Notes under the pieces: model-generated | What the model saw: only the letters and a program-made list of their open reading frames with translations | Databases searched by the model: none | Told to the model about the DNA's origin: nothing | In this document: in pieces, positions 9,661 through 18,111 of the stretch | How positions within the stretch are numbered: position 1 is the first letter of the stretch | Layout of the letters: each line of letters starts with the position of its first letter | Origin: Vulcanimicrobiota bacterium | Lineage (GTDB): Bacteria; Vulcanimicrobiota; Xenobia; Xenobiales; JADMJV01 | NCBI GenBank assembly: GCA_050250895.1 | Contig: JBFWNU010000009.1 | Coordinates: 166,488-230,487 of the forward strand | DNA: 64,000 nt | Direction: 5' to 3' | Made by a program: the position numbers and the translations under genes

Positions 9661-11553
9661 ATGATCATGGCCCTGGTGGCCGCTCTCACCTTTGCGGTAG
9701 TGGCCGAAGGTTGGCGCTGGTTGACCCTGGCCCTGGCGCTGCTGGTGGTGGCCAGCTGGTGGACCCCCTGGCGCTACCACACCACCCCCGCCCGCCAGCG
9801 CCTCATCTTCTCGCTGGCCGGTCTGCCCTTTCTTATGGCCGGGCTCTATCATCTATCCACCGGTCGCGAGGCCATCATCACCGCCCAGCGCGTGGCCGTG
9901 CTGGGAGCCGTGTACGTCTTCGTGGGAGCGGTCATCGAACTGTATCGCGAGCCCGGTCTGGCCCGGGCCGGGGTCTTTCACGTCGGTTGCCTGACCCTGC
10001 TGATGCTGGGCGGCCTCAGCTATCTCAATCCCTACTATCCGCTCAGCCTGCTGGCCTATGCCACCGCCGTCGTCTTCTTCCTCCAGCACCCCTTTCCCGG
10101 AATGGAGGGCGAACTCGCACCCACCCGCTCGCGGGCCCCGGTGGCCGGCATCTGGCTGGCGCTGGTCCTGGCCTTCGCCCTGAGCTACTGGTCTTTTCGC
10201 CAATTGCCCCGGCTGGGTGCCAGTGTCTATCGGGCCTACGCCCGCACGCTGGTCTCGGATGTCCGGCCGGCCACCGGCTTCTTCGGTGCCACCACCGAAC
10301 TGTCAGACATCCAGGACCTGGCCGGCTCGCGCCAGGTGCTGGCCCGGGTCAACGGCCCCCAGACCCTGTTGCGAGGCCAGATCTACACCGTTTATCGCGG
10401 TGGCCGCTGGGCTAACCCCAGTACTCGCGAGACCCGCGAAATCATGAAATCAGACCAGGCGGAATATCAACTGCCCGGCCCGCCCCCCGAGCCCATGCTC
10501 GAATGGCGTATCGCTCCCGTCAAGACCGCCGCGGGCGCCCTCAACGCGCCTCCCGGTGTTTATCGCCTGGCCATCCAGGTGGACGAACTCGAGATCGACG
10601 CCTATGACGGCCTGGTGGCCGACAACCAGTATCCCTACACCGTCTGGGCCTCGGGAAGCCTCGGCCTGGGTCGCAGCCCGCGCCGGCTCGACCCCACCCA
10701 TCGCGAGTATGTCGACTTTCCCCCCGGCCTCAAAAACGCCTTGACCGAAGCCGCCCGGGCCCAACTCGAGCCGGGAATGACCCCCCGCCAACAGGCCCTG
10801 GCCCTCGAGAACTGGCTGTCTGAGCAGGGCCGCTATCAGCCCGACGCCGAGCGCCCCCGCGGAGTGGACCCCATCGCCCACTTCCTCTCCCACGGCCTGG
10901 CCGGCCACTGCGAGTTTTTCGCCAGCTCGATGGCCCTGATTCTGCGCTCTCAGGGCATTCCCAGCCGCTATGTGGTCGGCTTCAAACTCTACGAACGCAA
11001 CCCCTGGGGCGACTACTGGGTGGTCCGCGACCGCGACGCCCACGCCTGGGTCGAGGTCTATCTCGAAGGCGAAGGCTGGGTCACCTACGACCCCACTCCC
11101 CCCGGCGAGCAGGCCGCCACCCACCCCGAAGGTGATCGCACTTCCGGCCTGGACGCTCTCTGGGACGGCCTCAAAGCCCGCTTGAGTGGAGCCTGGCGCT
11201 GGCTGATGGAACGCAGCTGGGGGCGCGTCGGCGCCGCCCTCGGCGGGCTGACCCTGCTCACCCTCCTGGTGGGTGGGGGCTGGTGGCTGCGCCGCTATGG
11301 GCCGCAACTGCTGGCCAGTTCGCACCCCACCCACGAACTGCAACCGCTGTTGCTGCGCCTGGACCGCCACCTGGCCCGCAGCGGCCAGGAACGGCGCCCC
11401 CTCGAGACCCCGCTCGAGCTGGCCGAGCGCCTCGACCCCCTGGTCCCCGAGGCGGCCGCCTGGCTGCGGGCTTACTCTCAGGCCCGCTTCGGCCCCCCCG
11501 ATCCGGTCCGAATCGCCGAGCTAGAACAGGGGCTGTCCCGCTTGCTCAGGTAG
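9661..11553 (+). CDS. transglutaminase-like (TgpA/DUF3488) membrane protein with DUF4129-like C-terminus; start uncertain
   Basis: N-terminal TMs; Cys-His-Asp triad in GHCEFFAS / HAWVE / YDPT; ETPLELAER tail. Confidence 0.9.
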   Translation: MIMALVAALTFAVVAEGWRWLTLALALLVVASWWTPWRYHTTPARQRLIFSLAGLPFLMAGLYHLSTGREAIITAQRVAVLGAVYVFVGAVIELYREPGLARAGVFHVGCLTLLMLGGLSYLNPYYPLSLLAYATAVVFFLQHPFPGMEGELAPTRSRAPVAGIWLALVLAFALSYWSFRQLPRLGASVYRAYARTLVSDVRPATGFFGATTELSDIQDLAGSRQVLARVNGPQTLLRGQIYTVYRGGRWANPSTRETREIMKSDQAEYQLPGPPPEPMLEWRIAPVKTAAGALNAPPGVYRLAIQVDELEIDAYDGLVADNQYPYTVWASGSLGLGRSPRRLDPTHREYVDFPPGLKNALTEAARAQLEPGMTPRQQALALENWLSEQGRYQPDAERPRGVDPIAHFLSHGLAGHCEFFASSMALILRSQGIPSRYVVGFKLYERNPWGDYWVVRDRDAHAWVEVYLEGEGWVTYDPTPPGEQAATHPEGDRTSGLDALWDGLKARLSGAWRWLMERSWGRVGAALGGLTLLTLLVGGGWWLRRYGPQLLASSHPTHELQPLLLRLDRHLARSGQERRPLETPLELAERLDPLVPEAAAWLRAYSQARFGPPDPVRIAELEQGLSRLLR

Positions 11554-11723
11554 CGGCGGAGCACCCAGTCCCTCCCGTTGGGCCGCGAGAGCGAAATCGA
11601 CCGACACATCCTCATTGTCCTGGCCCAGCAAAGTGAAGCTGTCATAAAGCTTCTCTTCGCGTTCGCGCTCGAGTCTGAACACAAGACTCTCCACCAGCAA
11701 CTCGTTTAGACTCGAAGCGCGCT

Positions 11724-12170
11724 CTAGACGCGCTGCAGGTGGCTGGCGTCCATGCGCCAGCTGCGGCCGTCGAAGACCACCACGTAATAACCCGAAAGAT
11801 GGGCGGCCGTGCCGCTCGGCTGCAGGGCGGTCAGACTCACATCGACCCTGGCCTGGCCCGGCCCTACCGCGCGCACCCCGACCACCTGGGTTTCGAGATG
11901 GTCCAGGTTGCGAAAGCCTGATTCGAACTCGCCTCGGGGCAGAGCCTGTCGCCAGTTGGGAGAGAGTCGATCATAGGCGGCCTGGTAGGCCCCGCCGTCG
12001 ATGGCCCGGTGAAAATCAAGCACCGTCTGGGCTGCGTCTACCAGACGCGCTCCGTCATCGTTTTGACTGGCCCGCAAGACCCAATGGCCGAAGCCGAGCA
12101 CCACCATCAGCAGTGCCACCACGGCCATCGTCAAACTGAGTGAGGCGGCGTCGCGAAGTTTCCCCTGCAT
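11724..12170 (-). CDS. membrane-anchored hypothetical protein, paralog of the C-terminal domain of 12256..13071
   Basis: N-terminal TM; DFHRAIDGGAYQAAYDRLSPNWRQAL..GEFESGF; TATCCT 7 nt upstream of the ATG. Confidence 0.75.
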   Translation of the reverse strand: MQGKLRDAASLSLTMAVVALLMVVLGFGHWVLRASQNDDGARLVDAAQTVLDFHRAIDGGAYQAAYDRLSPNWRQALPRGEFESGFRNLDHLETQVVGVRAVGPGQARVDVSLTALQPSGTAAHLSGYYVVVFDGRSWRMDASHLQRV

Positions 12171-12255
12171 CCCCTTCAGGATATTCCCGAGATGTTTCCG
12201 AACTGTCTACTGGAGCGCCCACATGTTAACGAGGCATTGCCGGCTTGTTACAAGT

Positions 12256-13071
12256 TCACTGCGCGTAGACCAGATGGCAACGGTCGAGGTTCCAGTTAGC
12301 GCCATCATGGACTACCAGATAGTAGCCAACCAGGCGCTCTACCTGGTCCCCCGCGACCTTGTCGATGGTGACGGCTACGCGGGCGCTGGTATCGGTCTCG
12401 AACGTGACCTGTCCGGGATAACAGTAGACGCTATCCACTTTGCCATACCCCGATTCGAACTCGCCAAAATCGAGGGCCTCGCGCCAGGCCGGCGTCAGTC
12501 GCTGATAAGCGGCCTGATAGGCCTGGGCGTTGACGGCCTTATAAAAGTCACTGACTGACTGGGAGGCGTCGTCGGGACGAGGTTCGGTGCCGGCCGAGGC
12601 TTTGTGAACCGACAGACTCATCATGATCAGCACGAAGAAGAAGACCGACATCACGGTCACGGTGGCCAGTCCCCGGGCCAGGCTCTCGACGGCCTCCCGA
12701 AGACTGGGCAAAGGCCGGGCCTTTTCGCGGGCCCAGTCCCGACCCTTGGCGGTCTCGCTCGAAAGCCAGCCGAAAAACTCAGCGAAGAAGCGCTGGCCAA
12801 TCAACAGGGCGATCTTCAAGCGCAGGCCCGGAGGTGGTCCGGCGGGCTCGACCGGAAGGGGCGCCGGAGCCACGATCGTGATCTCCTCGCCGATCTCCAG
12901 TTCAAGGGCCTGCTCGTCGAGGCTCTCGGGAAGAGCATCTTTGGGCGCCTCTTCCCCCACCTCGGCGCAGCCCGACACCGTGCGATGTCGTTTGAGCGAA
13001 ATCGGGTGCGAGAACGTCTGCCCACAGCTACAGGCGTATTTCTTGGAACTCTTGGCTTTCAACTTGGGCAT
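12256..13071 (-). CDS. putative Zn-finger + TM + extracytoplasmic domain protein
   Basis: CSCGQTFSHPISLKRHRTVSGC; TM helix; DFYKAVNAQAYQAAYQRLTPAWREAL..GEFESGY. Confidence 0.75.
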   Translation of the reverse strand: MPKLKAKSSKKYACSCGQTFSHPISLKRHRTVSGCAEVGEEAPKDALPESLDEQALELEIGEEITIVAPAPLPVEPAGPPPGLRLKIALLIGQRFFAEFFGWLSSETAKGRDWAREKARPLPSLREAVESLARGLATVTVMSVFFFVLIMMSLSVHKASAGTEPRPDDASQSVSDFYKAVNAQAYQAAYQRLTPAWREALDFGEFESGYGKVDSVYCYPGQVTFETDTSARVAVTIDKVAGDQVERLVGYYLVVHDGANWNLDRCHLVYAQ

Positions 13072-13162
13072 GGTCTCAGTCTATTCAGGCAGGGCAGCGC
13101 CAGCGCAATCTAAGGGGGTCATTTGTTAACGATCGATGAACGGATTGTAAACAAATGGGCGG

Positions 13163-13484
13163 GTCGACGCTGCGCGTCGGCAGGGAGCGCCGACGTTGTC
13201 GGCGGGAAGAGGAGCCGGCGCTTCGCGCGGAGATATCGACGCTAGCGCGTCGACAGGGAGCGCCGACGTTGTCGGCGGGAGAAGGAGCCGGCGCTTCGCG
13301 CGGAGATATCGACGCTAGCGCGTCGACAGGGAGCGCCGACGTTGTCGGCGGGAAAGGAGCCGGCGCTTCGCGCGGAGATCTCGACGCTAGCGCGTCGACA
13401 GGGAGCAGCCTTCGGCTGATCCCGCGAGCGCAGCGAGCGCTCCTTATCCCGGCCGAAGGCCGCTCCTTCGCGAGCGAAGCGAGC
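13163..13484. repeat. REP-like palindromic tandem repeat (72-73 nt unit, 3 copies plus partial), family B
   Basis: TCGACGCT(A)GCGCGTCG starts at 13164, 13236, 13309 and 13381; the first three are each followed by GCCGACGTTGTCGGC and GCGCTTCGCGC hairpins. Confidence 0.9.
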
Positions 13485-13906
13485 TACTGCAACGGTGTCA
13501 TCTCGCCTTCCCAGCGAGCTCGCGAGAGGATGTCGTGGAAGGTCTCGCGGTCGAGGTCGCGGGTGTAGAGCATGATCACGCACTCGGGTTGGGACAGGCG
13601 CAGATGGGTCACCAGGGCCGGGGTGGAGCTGCCCAGGAACTGCGAAGCCCGAATGACTTTGACTTCCAGGCCGCAGAACTTGTCCTCCCACTCCTCTTCG
13701 CTCACCATCGGACCGCCGGGACGAGGCGGATAGGGCTTCCAGTAGAAGGCGTGCAGTTGGGCCCCCTGGCCGTTGCGCCAGCTCATCTGGTGTTCAGTTA
13801 CGGTGGTTCCGGGAATGAGCCCGGGCACTTCCTGGCGTGAATCGGCAACGCGCTCGAAGTCAGGGGGGAGGACCAGCGCCAGAAAGACGAAGAGCCAGGT
13901 CTTCAC
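13484..13906 (-). CDS. hypothetical exported protein
   Basis: GTG start overlaps the upstream stop (GTGA); MKTWLFVFLALVL hydrophobic N-terminus. Confidence 0.65.
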   Translation of the reverse strand: MKTWLFVFLALVLPPDFERVADSRQEVPGLIPGTTVTEHQMSWRNGQGAQLHAFYWKPYPPRPGGPMVSEEEWEDKFCGLEVKVIRASQFLGSSTPALVTHLRLSQPECVIMLYTRDLDRETFHDILSRARWEGEMTPLQ

Positions 13907-14523
13907 GAGCCCTGGTCGAGGCGCACCTTGCGATTGCGCATGCTGCCCCGACTGCGGATGCGGCAACCGTTCTTGTCGATCTGGAGGCCCTCGAAATCGG
14001 CGTCGGCGAAGCGCACCAGTTGGTCGCCACAATGATCTGGCGAAGGCAGGATCTCGACCTCATGAGCCTTGCACAGTTCCCAGAGTTGATTGAAGAAGTC
14101 GCGGTGACGGCTGTCCATGGCCCGAATCCAGACGTCGGGGCGAGAGATCGTCTGCAAGCGGCAGTTGAGACGGGCGTTGCGGCGGAAGAGTTCGCGATAG
14201 ACGAAGACGGGAATGCGCGCCTTTTCGGCCAGGTCGACCGTTTCCATCCCCTCGGAACTCTCGGGGTCGAGGATGGCCACCACCGCGGCCTCGGCCTGCT
14301 CGCTGAGATCGTCGATGGCCTCTTCACGCGAGGTATAGCGCAGACAAGGCACCCCCTGGCTCGAGGCCCATTGGGCGGCCCGCCCGGCCAAAGCGCCCTG
14401 GGCCGCCAGGCAAGCTACCTCTTGCACCTCGACTCCGCTGGCTTCAAGGGCCCGCTCGACCACGGTGGGGTCGGTGAGCACGGCCGGTCCGCACAAGAGC
14501 ACTCTCAAGTCAGGCGCTCCCAC
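13903..14523 (-). CDS. hypothetical protein with a degenerate SLOG/DUF2493-like N-terminal domain
   Basis: RVLLCG...VVERAL..SGVEVQEV...AAQWASSQGVP...VDLAEKARIPVFVY resembles the YspA/DUF2493 pattern. Confidence 0.55.
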   Translation of the reverse strand: MGAPDLRVLLCGPAVLTDPTVVERALEASGVEVQEVACLAAQGALAGRAAQWASSQGVPCLRYTSREEAIDDLSEQAEAAVVAILDPESSEGMETVDLAEKARIPVFVYRELFRRNARLNCRLQTISRPDVWIRAMDSRHRDFFNQLWELCKAHEVEILPSPDHCGDQLVRFADADFEGLQIDKNGCRIRSRGSMRNRKVRLDQGS

Positions 14524-14921
14524 ATTCGACGGTAGCGGGCCAGTCGTTCTAGCTCTTTGGGACCTAGCTCGCGCAGGCGGCGGACATCCATGTTGTCTTC
14601 GAGGTCGGCCCTCTTCACGGCGCGCGCGATAGGATTGGCCGCCGCCCGCTCGATGAACTCGTCGTAGCTCTCGTCAGCGCGTCGGGTCAAGCCGTCAACG
14701 GCCTCCACCACCTCGGCCGGAAACCCCTCGGCCATCAGTTGTTCGAGTGAAACTTCGGTGTCTTCCACCACATCATGAAGAACGGCGGCCATGCGAGCGT
14801 GCTCGCCGTCGACCGCCAGCATCATCCGAAGGGGATGAAGGATGTAGGGTTGCCCGGCCTTGTCTTTCTGACCGCGGTGGGCGGAGACGGCCAGAGCGAT
14901 CGCTTCTTCAAGCCCCGCCAT
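14505..14921 (-). CDS. stand-alone HD-domain protein (small alarmone hydrolase-like)
   Basis: AHRGQKDKAGQPYILHP, LHDVVEDT and VKRADLEDN match RelA/SpoT-type HD motifs. Confidence 0.88.
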   Translation of the reverse strand: MAGLEEAIALAVSAHRGQKDKAGQPYILHPLRMMLAVDGEHARMAAVLHDVVEDTEVSLEQLMAEGFPAEVVEAVDGLTRRADESYDEFIERAAANPIARAVKRADLEDNMDVRRLRELGPKELERLARYRRMWERLT

Positions 14922-15270
14922 CAGACTCCTCAGCGGGGGGCTCTTCGGTGGCCACGGCGGCTTTGGGCATCGGCCGGGTGGGAGCGTCGGCTTCGGGTGT
15001 CTCGAGGTCGGCGGTAGGCGAAACCGGTGCGGGCGCGGCGGGCGCCGGGGCGGGGGGAGCCACGGCCAGGGCGGCCGGCTGGGGCCGGTTGGCTTTGACC
15101 TCGCTTTCGACCACCTCGCTCACTTCGGCCTTGAGGTCGCTGGCTGCCTTGCGGAAGGCGCGCAAGCCTTCGCCGGCGGCTTTGGCAATCTCGGGCAGGC
15201 GCGAGGGCCCGAACACGAGCAGAGCCAGCAGGCCCAACAGCATCATTTCACTCGGTCCGATATTAAACAT
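14908..15270 (-). CDS. tatA: twin-arginine translocase TatA/TatB family subunit
   Basis: MFNIGPSE...LLVFGPSRLPEIAK, then an amphipathic helix and a Pro/Ala-rich tail. Confidence 0.88.
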   Translation of the reverse strand: MFNIGPSEMMLLGLLALLVFGPSRLPEIAKAAGEGLRAFRKAASDLKAEVSEVVESEVKANRPQPAALAVAPPAPAPAAPAPVSPTADLETPEADAPTRPMPKAAVATEEPPAEESDGGA

Positions 15271-15283
15271 GCTTAGCTATACC

Positions 15284-15499
15284 CTACTTCCGGCTCTTGC
15301 GAACCAACCCTTCGAGTGTGCGATGCGCGTTCAAACACTGAGCGTAGACTCGGTCGAGCACCGAAGGGGCTATGGGAGTATTCTCTCCTCCCCGGTCTAA
15401 CTCATCCAGGATGGCCACCGCCTGCCGCAATTCTACCAGAGTTTCGTCGAGCGCTTCCAGCCCGGACTGAAGGCACAGGTCGAGACCCTTACTCATCAT
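15284..15499 (-). CDS. small hypothetical protein
   Basis: 71-aa helical ORF; GGAGG-like site upstream; packed in operon order. Confidence 0.55.
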   Translation of the reverse strand: MMSKGLDLCLQSGLEALDETLVELRQAVAILDELDRGGENTPIAPSVLDRVYAQCLNAHRTLEGLVRKSRK

Positions 15500-16568
15500 G
15501 AACCGCCTTTTCTAGAGTTGGTTTCGTCAAGCGAAACTCCGCCCCCGAACGGGTAGTCACCACCACCGTACCGTCGTCGTCGCGCAGACTCATGCCGCTG
15601 GGGGTCTGAAGGCTCGAATAACTCCACTCCGGGCCGGCCTTGAGCATCGACGATCGGGTTTTCACCAAAAACTGGGCCGCCTGCCAAAAACCGTCGGTTT
15701 CACGCTGACCCTCGATCAACTTGTCGGCCGGCGGAAAGGTGGCGAGGGCGATGGCCTGGGCCAACTGCTCGGCACTCGGCATCAGCATGCGGCTGCGGGG
15801 TTGAGCGTTTTTGAGTTCGGTGAAAAAGTCTTTGACGGCGTTGCTTCCGGGCACCGACAGGGCCTGGCGCACGGCCCCGAGATAGGCCACGCTCAGGCGC
15901 CCGTAGTGCCTGTTGACTTCTTCTCTCTGGCCCGAACGCAGGCGAATCAGCAAGCCTTCAGGACCCTCGCCCGAGGCCGGTGGTTGCTCGCACAGTTCGC
16001 CAACCCGCTTGCGGGCTAGCGAGAGATCGTTGGTGAGCGAAATGGTGACCGGGGCCCGATGGGGGTCGATGGACTTCATGCCCGTGGTCAGTTTCTCGAC
16101 AGAGGCAACGTCGTCGACCTGGTTGAGCCAGGTGACCACGGCTCGCAGGGCCGAACGCTGGACGGCCATCCCGGCCAGTTGCTCGCCCGGCTTGCGGCGC
16201 ATTCGCAACTGTTGACCCAGCTCCAGGCTGGCCACGAGGTCGTCGACGGCGTCGGCCCTTCCCGTGGCGGCTCGAAAGAGAGCGCGCAAAGCCAGGGTTC
16301 TGGCCAAATCGCACCACCGCTCCAGACTCTGCTCGTTCAATATCGGAGAGGATCTCGACTTGCGGGCTTGCTCGAGGGCCGCGTCGTTGCGATCGAGGTG
16401 GCGCAGAGCGACCGGCGGAGCCTCGGACCAGCCGGCCCCCAACAGGCGCTCGAGTTCGGCTCGCGTGAGCTCGGCCTGGTAGGACGCTGCCACCGCCTCA
16501 TGGCTTGTTTCGCACCAGCCAGCCACGGCCAGTCCGAGCACGAACAAAATCGCGAACAAGCTACGCAT
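15489..16568 (-). CDS. exported hypothetical protein
   Basis: Signal-peptide-like N-terminus MRSLFAILFVLGLAVAG; GGAGG upstream. Confidence 0.7.
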   Translation of the reverse strand: MRSLFAILFVLGLAVAGWCETSHEAVAASYQAELTRAELERLLGAGWSEAPPVALRHLDRNDAALEQARKSRSSPILNEQSLERWCDLARTLALRALFRAATGRADAVDDLVASLELGQQLRMRRKPGEQLAGMAVQRSALRAVVTWLNQVDDVASVEKLTTGMKSIDPHRAPVTISLTNDLSLARKRVGELCEQPPASGEGPEGLLIRLRSGQREEVNRHYGRLSVAYLGAVRQALSVPGSNAVKDFFTELKNAQPRSRMLMPSAEQLAQAIALATFPPADKLIEGQRETDGFWQAAQFLVKTRSSMLKAGPEWSYSSLQTPSGMSLRDDDGTVVVTTRSGAEFRLTKPTLEKAVHDE

Positions 16569-16704
16569 TGCAACGCCTCCGTTTCCATCTTTCCCAAAGG
16601 ATAACCTCCGACAACCCTAGAAATTTCGTCGCAGTTAACGTTCTCCGGAAAGCCCCGGGAACATAGGCACACCCCTTCGAGCCGAGGGGTAGACAGGTGA
16701 ACTG

Positions 16705-18111
16705 ATGTCAGAGCCCCTCAAGCTGGGCAGTCGAGTAGAGATTGCCGTGCATGACGTGGCCGCCGGTGGCGAGGCCGTCGGCCGCCTAGATAATTTCGTG
16801 ATTTTCGTCCCCCACGCCGCCCCGGGCGACCTGCTCGAAGTGGAGATTACCCACCTCAAGAAGAGCTACGGCCGGGCCAGGATCTCGAAAATCGTCAAAC
16901 CCTCGCGGCGCCGGGTCGAGCCCCCCTGCCCGATCTACTACCAGTGTGGCGGCTGCCAGCTGCAGCATATCGACTATGACGCCCAGCTGTTTCATAAAAC
17001 CAAGATGGTCACCGATTCCATCGAGCACCTGAGCAACCTGGGCAACGTCAAAGTGATGCCCTGTCGCGGCATGGAAGACCCCTGGAACTATCGCAACAAG
17101 GCTCAGGCAGTGGTGGCCGCCCAACCCTTTCTCAAGGAACACAAGCCCACCGAGCGATTCCGGCCTTTCGTGGGGCTCTACGCCAAGGGTACCCACCGGG
17201 TGGTGAAGATCGACGACTGCATGATCCTCGATCCCCTCAACAACCAGATCCTGCGGGCCACCCGCGAGATCCTCGAGCGCCTTCAGTGGCCGGTCTACAA
17301 CGAAAAAGACGAGTCAGGAATCATCCGCTACCTGGTCACCCGAGCCTCCCTGTCCACCCGCGAGGCTCTGCTGGTGCTGGTCTCGGCCCAGCCGCGTCTG
17401 CCCCAGGTGCAAGAGTTCATCAACTTCATGCAGCGCCGGGTGCCCCAACTCAAGGGGGTGATGCTCAATCTCAATCCCCATCGCTCCAACGTCATCCTGG
17501 GCACCACCACCCGCACCCTGTGGGGCAAAGACCATCTCACCGAAGAGGTCGACGGTCTCAAGTTTCACATCTCGCCCACCTCGTTCTTCCAGGTCAACAC
17601 CTGGGGACTCAAGGCCCTCTACCAGGCCCTGGGCAAGTATTGCAACATCCGCCCCAAAGACGCCGTTCTCGATCTGTATTGCGGAGTCGGTTCGCTGACG
17701 CTGTTTCTGGCTCGCAAGGCCCGGCGGGTGGTGGGCATCGACTCGTCGGCGCCGGCCATCGAAGACGCGGTGGTCAACTCGGACCTCAATGAACTGGCCA
17801 ACACCACTTTCATGGCTGGCAATGTCGAGCGCCACCTGCCGCAGCTCTATCGCCAGGGCGAGCGCTTTTCGCTGGTAGTGCTGGATCCACCTCGAAAAGG
17901 TTGTGACGCCAGTCTCTTGAAGACCATAGCCCGCATGCGCATTCCGAACATCGTCTACGTCTCTTGCAACCCGTCCACGCTGGCCCGGGACCTCGGCTTG
18001 CTGGCCGAGCTCGGCTATCAGACCAACGAGATTCAGCCCATCGATATGTTTCCTCAGACCTACCATGTCGAGTGCGTAGCCCATGTCACGCTCAAAGGAG
18101 GCCGCCGTTAG
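16705..18111 (+). CDS. rlmD: 23S rRNA m5U1939 methyltransferase RlmD (TRAM + 4Fe-4S)
   Basis: TRAM domain, CPIYYQCGGCQLQH, SFFQVN, DLYCGVG, LDPPRKG, YVSCNPSTLARD, DMFPQTYHVE. Confidence 0.93.
   Translation: MSEPLKLGSRVEIAVHDVAAGGEAVGRLDNFVIFVPHAAPGDLLEVEITHLKKSYGRARISKIVKPSRRRVEPPCPIYYQCGGCQLQHIDYDAQLFHKTKMVTDSIEHLSNLGNVKVMPCRGMEDPWNYRNKAQAVVAAQPFLKEHKPTERFRPFVGLYAKGTHRVVKIDDCMILDPLNNQILRATREILERLQWPVYNEKDESGIIRYLVTRASLSTREALLVLVSAQPRLPQVQEFINFMQRRVPQLKGVMLNLNPHRSNVILGTTTRTLWGKDHLTEEVDGLKFHISPTSFFQVNTWGLKALYQALGKYCNIRPKDAVLDLYCGVGSLTLFLARKARRVVGIDSSAPAIEDAVVNSDLNELANTTFMAGNVERHLPQLYRQGERFSLVVLDPPRKGCDASLLKTIARMRIPNIVYVSCNPSTLARDLGLLAELGYQTNEIQPIDMFPQTYHVECVAHVTLKGGRR

Noticed and set aside
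6255-11553. MoxR-DUF58-transglutaminase cluster as a novel system
   Set aside because: This is a widespread, already described gene arrangement.
16625-16665. GTTAACG upstream of 15489..16568 as a third copy of the 12224/13124 motif
   Set aside because: Only the 7-nt half matches; the TTGT part is absent, so it may be chance.
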